Shown here: positions 53,527-64,000 of the stretch, piece by piece | How the letters are laid out: each line of letters begins with the position of its first letter | How positions within the stretch are numbered: position 1 is the first letter of the stretch | Source: Octopus vulgaris | Lineage: Eukaryota | Direction: 5' to 3' | DNA: 64,000 bases | NCBI GenBank assembly: GCA_951406725.2 | Contig: OX597827.1 | Span: forward strand, 43,586,001-43,650,000 | Made by a program: the position numbers and the translations under genes | The notes under the pieces: generated by a model | Told to the model about the DNA's origin: nothing | Seen by the model: only the letters and a program-made list of their open reading frames with translations | The model's database searches: none

Positions 53527-53701
53527 CGGTTTTTTTACTTTTTATTAAAATTTTATGTATTGATTAAGTCTTTCCTTGTTTGTTTTGCAAAATAGTGGTT
53601 TTGTCTCTAATAATATTATATAATATTTTACTATAAAATTGGATTTAATCCTAAATCTGATTTTTTTCCCTGTAAATTTGGATTTATTCCCTAATATTTA
53701 T

Positions 53702-53742
<41 letters not shown>

Positions 53743-53939
53743 CATACATAGATACATATGTATGCATGTATATATATTTATGTATATAAATATATGTGTT
53801 TATATATATCATATATTATTATATTCTATCATATTGATTTTTTTATATTGCACACAGACACAGATACACGCACACATATGTACATACATACATATATATA
53901 TAAGCTACACCTTGTTAGCAATATATATATATACCTGTA

Positions 53940-53989
<50 letters not shown>

Positions 53990-54882
53990 TAAGCGTATCT
54001 GGCATGTTGATCCTATTTCAAATTCACAATGCGCCGTGCATTAATTATATACTTTCAATCCACTTAACATTTGTGTATCATGCAGATTGTTGTCTGGGAA
54101 TTATATGGTTTTGGTTGAAGTAAGTTTTGGAAAGATTTAAGACATTTAGAGCTATCAGAGGAAATAAGAAAAGGACTGAGATGGGAAGAGGAATGTGGGG
54201 TGGGGTGGGATGTGAGAAAGGTAAAAGTAGATCGAAAGCGGAAGCAGGTAAAATCAGAGCTAGAGCAAAAGGTGGTGTGTGGGGGGAGGTGATGGAGAAA
54301 GGAAGATGGTAAGATGTTTACGGAAAGAGAAGGAAAAGACTGAGCCGAAAAGTAAGAATGGAAGATGGTGTGTGTTCTGTAGAAAGAATATTTAACTCAT
54401 TCCAACAGAGCTGGAAGCAACAAGGGAAACAGTGATGGTGATGATGATGATAATGGTGTCCACGACCACGACCACGACGATCTCCATCACGACAACGATG
54501 TGTGACGAGAGGTTTCCGGACATGAGTTAGGATAAGAGCAGTAATAAACGAGTGAAGAACGAATTTATAGTGCGTGTGTGTTTATTTGGGCAAAAAAGGA
54601 AAGAAAAGGAAATGACCAAAGGCGGTGCTCCAGCATGGCCGCAGTCACATGACTGAAACAAGTAAAACAATAATCCCGAAATACATCAATATCTGTTTCA
54701 ACACACGGTGTCACATGAGGAACCTTGCAACACAATTTCATAATCGCATATATATGTATGTGTATATATATATATATATATATATAAAGTTAATCCAAAC
54801 AAGAAAACAAAAAGACAACAACGTGAGGATGTGGAACAAATAAAGTATTATTAGACGCTCAGGAAAGAAGGGAAGAAGGAGG

Positions 54883-54917
54883 GTATGACGTTTCGAGCGG
54901 AGCTCTTCGTCGGAAAC
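54883..54917 (-). ncRNA. Minimal hammerhead-like motif
   Basis: Minus: gttt CCGACGA A GAGC tcc GCTC GAAAC GTC atac. Confidence 0.5.
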
Positions 54918-55747
54918 ATAGGAGAAAGAAAGATCCCGAGACGGGAGGACAGAGGAAAAAAAAATTGCAGGTAGTCTTCACGATGTCACATACTAAAAAG
55001 ACGAAAGTGGTAAAAAAGGAGGAAAATGTTTTTAAAAACAGGAGAGCTGAATCAAAGAAGGAATGGTAAAAAAGGTGTGCGAGATGACAAGGGTGTGTGT
55101 GTGAGTGTGTGCGTGTGTGTGTATGTGTGTGTATGGTGGACAATGGCTAGTAGCAGGCAGTAGTAGAATTAAAGGAGTGGTGTTGGGGTACCCTAGCAAG
55201 TCAGAAAGGCAGGTCAGAAACAGGGAGGTATGTGTGTGCGTGTATATGTATCGTGTGTGTGTGTTTTGTTGTAGTATGTGTGTGTGTACGTGTGCGTTTT
55301 TTTGTGTGTATGTCGAGTAACTGTGCTTAACTAAGTGTATGTGTGCGTGTGTGCTTGTACGTTCGTATATGTATAATTCTGTGCGTGTATGTATGTGTGT
55401 GCGTGTATGTATGGTTGTGTGCCGTATGGGATGTATGTGTGGGTTCATTTGTGTGTGTGTGTGCGTGTGCGTGTATGTATGTGCGTGTAGTTGTATGTGC
55501 GTGTATGTGTGCGTTTGTATGTGTGTGTGTAAGCGTACATGGATGTATATGCGTGTATCCGTGGGCTTGTGAGTTTCTTTCTGCGCGTGTGCGTGCGTAT
55601 GTGTGCGCATGTTTTGCTGTGCGTATGTTATATATATATATATATATGCTGACCATTGATAGAATTGTTTTCGAAAAATGTTATCCTATATTAGATATAT
55701 ATATATATATCTAATATATATATATCTAATATATATATATATCTAAT

Positions 55748-56635
55748 ACAAGCAAGTGGGGACCCAAAAGAAACCGAAATTTTGCAATATCATTTTATTC
55801 AGTTAGTTTACACTTTTATCGCATTCAAAGTAATCGCCATTTGAAGCAGTGCTTCGGTCCAGGCGCGTTTTCCACTGTTCGAAGCAGTGCCGGAATTCTT
55901 ACGAAAAGATACCTTTTTATGCCTCCGTCGTTTTTTTTTCTTCACCTTCTTCCACATCTGCAAATTCCGTAGCACCAGCTTTCGTCACAAGTGATGACCT
56001 TTGAAAAAAGGTCTGGATCAACTTCCAACTGTCCTTTCAGTTCACGACAGGCATTCACTCGTGACTGCTTTTAATCTTCAGTGAGCAAGCGAGACACAAA
56101 TTTTGCTGTAACTCTTTTCATTGGAAATTCCTCTCTCAAAATTCGGTTACAGGAGCTCCAGGACAACAACAGTTATATCAACAAGTTCGTTAATTGTTCG
56201 GTGACAGTCCTCCAAATCAGTTCATGAATTTACATGATGTTTTCATCCGTTCAGGAGATCGATGGCCGTCTGGAACGAGGTTGGCCTTCAAGCGACTAGT
56301 GACCATTCCTAAAGAGTGGAGACTACTTGTAAACTTGTGTTTTGCTCATGGTAGCGTCCTTGTCCACCGTTTTCCCCAGCACCAAGCAAAATTTCATGGA
56401 AGCACGCTGTTCCTTTGTTTCAACCATCGGAAAAATCGAAGGATAGGGGAGAAGCACTGCAAAGCAAAGATGAACCACGTTGCAGTACAACATCATGTGA
56501 TGACGCCGGTCAACAGGCTGATGCCTGAGGGTCACATCAAGTGGGTTCTAGCAGCCGAAGTGGGCCCCCACGCCCCTCACTACAATTGGTTTGTTCTACA
56601 GAGAACCTTTCCGGCTATTTTAGATACCTCATCGA
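55748..56635 (-). mobile_element. Decayed, internally deleted mariner transposon
   Basis: EQRASMKFCLVLGK...MSKTQVY...SLEGQPRSRRPS..TDENI; VDPDLFSKVITCDESW; CFEQWKTRLDRSTASNGDYFECD. Confidence 0.85.
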
Positions 56636-56773
56636 GTGGCTGTCTGGTAAGTAGATTGCTTACGAACCACATGGTTCCGGGTTCAGTCCCACTGCGTGGC
56701 ACCAAGAGCAAGTGTCTACTACTATAGGCTCGGACCGACCAAAGCTTTGTGAGTGGATTTGGTAGACGGAAGC
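56635..56773 (+). mobile_element. SINE family A 5' part
   Basis: GAGTGGCTGTCTGGTAAGTAG...GGTTCAGTCCCACTGCGTGGCACC. Confidence 0.85.
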
Positions 56774-56835
56774 AATATATATATAAAGTCATCTAAAAGT
56801 TTTTGTTCTTCATGGTGCTGACATAAATTCCTTGT

Positions 56836-56918
56836 CTTTCCTGATGAGATGGCGGCATAATGCACCCTTTATTCCTTCGGAATTAGGAATATGCAGCCTT
56901 CGAAACATGTGTCGAGAG
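56836..56918 (+). ncRNA. Type I hammerhead ribozyme motif (family 1) in element 56790-57118
   Basis: ctttc CTGATGA GATGGC...GCCTTC GAAAC ATGT GTC gagag. Confidence 0.75.
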
Positions 56919-57116
56919 TAAAGGAATTTTGTTAAAATCGTCGTTCGACTCCATTCTTTCATTTATTCATAGTTAAAAAAAACACACAAATTTACACACG
57001 AGAACACGGGATCCCTGCCCTTGGCATATAGCTTCAACTGTGTTTTCTGACGTGAATTTGCTACCCAGTTATCGGTTAACCGAATTATCCATACTAAGAT
57101 AATTCATTCACCTTCT

Positions 57117-57148
<32 letters not shown>

Positions 57149-57757
57149 ACTGAATAATTTACTTCGCGATGCCATCGCTAATACTTTTGTAATTTACGAC
57201 ACCATTACACTTTTACTGATGATACCCAATACGCGTAAAGTATGTTTACAGTTGTCCCTTGTATTTGCTGATTATAAAAGATGGAAACAATTAACCAGTT
57301 GTTAATTAAATCGGTTTTTTTTTTGCCTTTCTTTCTTGCCTAACATATTCAGTTATAATTTTCTTTGTTAATATTGCCAAGCATTAAAACATATTAGAAA
57401 TTAGTTAAGTGAGATTGATAGCGGAAGCACACTTGGGGAAATTCGAATAACAACAGCAATAATGCGAACAACAAAGGGAAGACTTGATTAAGAGCGAAGG
57501 GTTGGATAGGTCTGAAAATATTTGGTCACACTGATAAAATAGTGCGTCAGACACATTTAAGGCAATTACGTACAGGATGGCTATTTTAGAGAGTTGGTCA
57601 ATCGATACTGGCGTTAATTAAAGAGCGTTGAAGTGAGAAGCAGGAGGGGATGGCGGGAGAGTGGAAGGAGAGGAGGAGGGAAAGAAGGGGGGAGAAAGAG
57701 GGACTGGTGAGGGGACGAAAGGGAGGAAGTGGACGCCGGCAACGTCGACGATGACGG

Positions 57758-57791
<34 letters not shown>

Positions 57792-58144
57792 ATTGATGAT
57801 AATGATGATGATGAGGTGGAGGAGGAAAAAGAAGAAGAAAAAGAAGAAGAAGCGGCGGAGGAGGAGGAGGAGAGTGTTGACGATGAGGATGGATGGTAGT
57901 GGTTGTAATTTGGCCTGTCTAATCCAAATAGGTATCGCTAAAAGAGATAGATGCAGTCAAGTAAGGTACGTGACTTGAGGAAGAGATGAAGCGAAAACTT
58001 GAAGGGGAGACAACTGCGACGTGTAGAAAAAGACAGGACGAATTGAGAAGACGTTAGCATACCCGCTTTTATTTGTTTTGTTTTCCTTTATTATTCTTTT
58101 ACTGCTTATTTTTTGCCAGACAGTGAATAATATTGTTGTCAAAT

Positions 58145-58515
58145 AGGTGTGAATGTGTGGTAAGTAGCTTGCTTACCAACCACATGGTTCCGGGTTCAGT
58201 CCCACATATGGCATCTTGAGCAGAAGTCTTCTACTATAGCTTCGGGCCAACCAAAGCATATATATATATATATATGAGTGTGTGTGTGTGTATGTATATG
58301 TCTATGTGTCTGTGTTTGTCCGCCCCCTCTTCAACGTAGCTTGACAACCGATGCTGATGTGTTTACGTTCCCGTAACTTAACGGTTCCGCAAAAGAGACC
58401 GATAGAATAAGTACTAGGCTTACAAAGAATAAGTGCTGGGGTCGATTTGTTCGACTAAAAGGCGATGCTCCAGCGTGGCCGCAGTAAAAAATGAGTGAAA
58501 TAAGTAAAAGAATAA
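58145..58515 (+). mobile_element. SINE family A, full length
   Basis: Head, internal TA/TG tract and tail present. Confidence 0.85.
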
Positions 58516-58662
58516 AAGAATAAACGAATACAAGAATAAACGAATACAAGAAATAAACGAATAAAAGAATAGACGAATGAAAGAATAAACGAATGAAAGA
58601 ATAAACGAATGAAGGAATAAACGAATGAAAGAATAAACGAATGAAAGAATAAGCGAATGAAT
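58505..58662 (+). repeat. 16-bp minisatellite (AAAGAATAAACGAATG)n
   Basis: About nine imperfect units continuous with SINE tail. Confidence 0.85.
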
Positions 58663-59438
58663 GTATCCAGCATTTTTAAGAGAATAAGGTGAGATATAAG
58701 TGATATTTTGGCTACTATCTCTAGTATGATATTGACGATGATGATGATGTTGGTGCTGTTGGTTTTGATGATGTTCTTGATGATGTTAATGCCGTAGCTG
58801 AAGTGCTTGCTGTTGATGTTGTTATTGTTGTTGATGATGATGCTGTTTTCGTCGCTGTTGTTGCATACATCATTTAAAATAATGCTGCAAGGCACCACAC
58901 GTAACGTGCTAAAACGGTTCCATACTCACCTCCAATGCTCCACGCGGTTGCACAATGATCACCAGATCAGAATAGGCTAACGTGGGAGTTCGAACCACAT
59001 TACATATTAATAAGAAACGCAGGAAACTTAATCGGTATTTTTATGTTTTATATAACATACCAGTTATCTTGTGTAATAGTGACAATTGGTTTGCAGATAA
59101 TAGCATATTCACTAAATAGCTTGGTTCTACCTACCTCCCCTGTGTATTTGAATAGGTCAGTCATAGTTTAAACATGGGAGGAACCTTGCCATAAACATTC
59201 TTCAGGTTGACAGGTGAGATTGAGGAAATGAAGTACCCTAATAACAATTCTATCATGAGCTAATAAATACAATTTCTAGGTAGGTCTACTGAAATACCTC
59301 TAACTTTTGTTAGTTTTACTACTATTTATCTCTCTTAAAATGCTCTCGGTTCCAAGCGGCGTGATATAGCTTTCCTAAGGAGATGTGAGTGCTAAATTTC
59401 TCTATCGCTATAGAATCGTATATATATATACACGCATA

Positions 59439-59721
59439 TGGGTCGATTAATACGCATGATTGCAAAATTTTGGAATCTGCCGATCTATTCGAAACGTGTG
59501 TAAGCTAATTAAATTATGTATAATTCTACACATACACATACACACACATAATACATATGTATTCTGTGTGTGTGAACCAAGCTATTTAGTGGATATGCTA
59601 TTATCCGCAAACCAATTTGCAATCACGAGTAAAGAATTATACATAATTTAATTAGCTTATGCACGTTTCGGGTAAACCGGCAGATTCCAAAATTATGCAC
59701 TCATGCGTATTAATCGATCCA
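59439..59721. mobile_element. MITE with ~90-bp terminal inverted repeats and TA flanks
   Basis: TA|TGGGTCGATTAATACGCATGA...TCATGCGTATTAATCGATCCA|TA. Confidence 0.8.
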
Positions 59722-59733
59722 TAAGTGTGTGTG

Positions 59734-59798
<65 letters not shown>

Positions 59799-59964
59799 TC
59801 AAGAATAATCAGCCGAAATTGCTAGGATAATCTGGTGCTTGATAAAGGAAAGAAACCTTCGAATGACCCGTCCTTGTTTTCTTTATATCGTCTATCTGGA
59901 TGTTTTTTTATCCCTTTTTGTATCACCTAGCTGCCCGGATGTTTTGCGTTCTTGTCCCTTTTTG

Positions 59965-60024
<60 letters not shown>

Positions 60025-60739
60025 GCATCTATATATACGTATATTCATACTTATATGTGCGCATGTATATGTGTGTATTTATATGAACACGTGTTTGTGT
60101 GTGTACATAGCCTATGCCAATCTATGTACAATATCTTTAGTACTAATAAGGACAAAACATACTCGTTGCCTTCACCAGTTGGGCTTCAGAGATCTCTTCC
60201 CATGTATGTCAATTTAAATTCCCCTAAGTTATCGATTCACTAATTAGTATTGGTGTTATATCCTTGTTTAGCGATTTCGGCTTTTAACCACTCCAAAGAG
60301 ATACTGTGTCTCGAAACTGCATGGATATTTTGAAATAATTGTGGCTTTGCAAATCCCTAACGTACATATACAAGACCCTACAATTTGTTAGATCACACCA
60401 CAGAATATTTCATTGGAGTTCGTTGCTTCAGCCGTATTGTTAATCCTAATGTAATATAACGTATCTTGTACTTGTCTGGATAAATATCCATTTCATGTTG
60501 AGAAATTCAGAGAAAGTGATAGAAATTTTGTCTCTGGATACTGCCCTGGTTATATATATATATGCATGCACGTCTGTATGTATCTCTCGCCTGTGTGTGT
60601 ATATACGTGTGTGCGTGTATTTATATATATGTATATTTATATATGTATATATGTGTGTGTGTGTGTCTACGCGCAAGTATATACTTTTGCATATACGTGA
60701 ATCAATATATTTTCAAAGATGTAAAGTTGTATATGTTTA

Positions 60740-61040
<301 letters not shown>

Positions 61041-61599
61041 AATCATCTGCTTTTCGAAGCCAGGCCACGTCCTTCACTCCGACGCCTCCGATTTCCAGTA
61101 CAGCCCCCCTATGTATATACATATGTACACGTCCAAAACATACACACATGCGTATGTATGTTTAAACGTGTAATGGAATACATTATTCTTCAGGTATTTA
61201 TCTCACAGCTGTTCTTACATGTTTATACGATAACCGAAAGCAATGCCGTCAGCAAGGCCAACAACGAGAGCAAGAACAACAACCATAACAACAACAACAA
61301 TAACAACTACAACAAAAACAACAACAACAACTGTTTCCCCCATCATCGTATCCACTGCCTTCCCACACCGGCACCAACGATTCCGCTCTAGAAGATCGTT
61401 AACTCAAACACCAACGCCGCCAACAACAATAACGTAAAAAACAGCAAAGGGCATCACAAGTAGCAACAACTACAACTGTAACAGGTTCTAGAGAATTCTG
61501 GCAGTTTTTTTCCAGGAAATACACGGAATTTTCGCTTTTTTTTCTTTCGTCTTTTTCCTTTTTTTTTTTTGTTTTTCTTCTTTACAAGTACGTTCAACA

Positions 61600-62100
<501 letters not shown>

Positions 62101-62308
62101 AACTCTCATTAGTACATTGCGACTTCTTGTATCACCACCGCTACTGTTGATACCTCGGCCCTCACCACAAGTACTATCACCGCTACTGTTTTTACCACTA
62201 CTGTCACCATCGCCGACATCTATCACAATTAGTCGCAACATCGACAACAAAAATAAATACAGCAATAACAACAATATCAACAGAAACAGCAGCAACTCTC
62301 TCTCTCTC

Positions 62309-62571
62309 TACTCTTTTACTTGTTTCAGTCATTTGACTGTGGCCATGCTGGAGCACCACCTTTTAGTCGAGCAAATCAACCCCAGGACTTATTCTTTGTA
62401 AGCCTAGTACTTATTCGATCGGTCACTTTTGCCGAACCGCTAGGTTACGGAGACGTAAACACACCAGCATCGGTTGTCAAGCGATGTTGGGGGGAGGGAC
62501 AAACATACACAAGCATATACAGACACATACACACACACACAAACACACAAACACACACACACACACACACT

Positions 62572-62605
<34 letters not shown>

Positions 62606-62768
62606 CATACGACTGGATTCTTTCAGTTTCCGTCTACCAAATCCTTTCACAAGGCTTTGGTTGACCCGAGGCTACAGTAGGAGACACTTGCCCAAGGTGC
62701 CACGCAGTGGGACTAAACCCGGAACCATGTAGTCCGTAAGCACTTACCACACAGCTACTCCTACACCT
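62309..62768 (-). mobile_element. SINE family A, full length
   Basis: Tail, internal (CA)n/(TA)n, CORE-like block and head present. Confidence 0.9.
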
Positions 62769-62769
62769 A

Positions 62770-64000
62770 TCAACATCAACAATAAATACAGCAATAACAA
62801 CAAAAATAACAGAAACAAGAACATCAACAACAACAATAATTACAGCAGTAACAACAACAACAACTGAAACAGCAACAACAACAATAAATACAACAGCAAC
62901 AACATCAACAACAACAACAGAAACAATAAATATAGCAACAACAACAACAACAACATCAACAGAAACAGCAACAACAATAAACACAGCAATAGCAACACCA
63001 GCAACACCAGCAACAACAACAACAATAAAAACAACAATAAAACAACAATAACAACAACAACAACAACAACAACAACAGCAGCAGCAACAGCAGCAACAAC
63101 ATCAGCAACAACAACAACATCAACAGCAACAGCAGCAACACCAGCAACTACAACAACAACAACAATAAACACAGCTATAACAACAATAAGAACATCAACA
63201 GCAACAGCAGCAACATCAGCAAGAACAACAACAACAATAAATACAGCAATAGCAACAGCAACAGCCACATCGTCCATCACGCTATCAGCAACGACAACAC
63301 AATCACCAGCATCAACAGAAACAACGGATATTTTTAACATTTAGGCAGCCATTTTGTTTTTTCTTTACTGTTGTATTTTCAAGACATGCTTAATCCTCCC
63401 CACCCCAACAACAACGCCACACCACACCAATGCAACCCGCCCCAATTCTCCTTTATCGCTGATGTTTTTTTTTGGTATTTTTTCTTCTTCTACAACCAAT
63501 TTCTTCTTCAAATTTCCTCCTCGACCCAATAACCGCCCACCCCGCCATCTCTATCTTACAGGATTCATCATTAGCGCCATCATCATTACCATCGCCTCCA
63601 TCATCGCTACCACGGGCCTCAACCCCATCATCACTGCCAACATCAAAACTACCATGGTTTACATCTCCTCCAACACCGCCACAATCATCATCGTCATCAC
63701 CACCATCACATCCATCACTTCCATCGCCCCATCGAAGCCGCCACCATGAGCATCGTCACCAAAATTGAAAACACCACCACTAGCATCATCATCATCGCCA
63801 CCATCAACACCAAAGCCAATAGCTTCCACCCGCCCCACCACCACCACGACAACCATCACTATCACCTCCTCCATCACATCACCACAACTATTAACATCAC
63901 CGCTACTACTACCGTCACGACCACTGTCAACACCACCTCCACTACTACAACCGCCATCACTACAACCACCACCACAACCACTATTACCACAACCACCACC
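62770..64000. repeat. Degenerate (CAA/CAG)n and (CAC/CAT)n low-complexity tracts
   Basis: Directly visible. Confidence 0.85.

Noticed and set aside
58505-58662. CRISPR-like periodicity
   Set aside because: Units are contiguous with no unique spacers; eukaryotic context with no cas genes.

Overview
AT-rich, extremely microsatellite-dense eukaryotic DNA. The repeat content ((TA)n/(TAA)n/(TATC)n arrays plus three abundant tRNA-headed SINE families) looks like an Octopus genome; this is inferred from family recognition, not a database hit. No intact protein-coding gene is visible, so the window is probably a large intron or intergenic DNA, with one weak candidate exon at about 40.9-41.1 kb. Almost all ORFs in the supplied track are microsatellite artefacts. 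Identifiable content: many SINE copies, decayed DNA transposons (two mariner, Tc1 left ends, one pogo-like with TIRs, one MITE), three non-autonomous Helitrons, LINE 3' fragments (three RTE-type, one R4/Dong-type in a TAA/TGA array) and a Penelope GIY-YIG fragment. Two things stand out. (1) About a dozen type I hammerhead-ribozyme(-like) motifs of several architectures lie in short elements next to (TA)n runs, often with fold-back inversions, including a ~390-bp palindrome carrying a complete hammerhead motif on each strand beside the GIY-YIG remnant. (2) A ~540-bp non-coding element with fixed ends occurs inside (TAA)n arrays and may be a non-autonomous partner of the R4/Dong LINE. All coordinates were read by eye and element boundaries are approximate.
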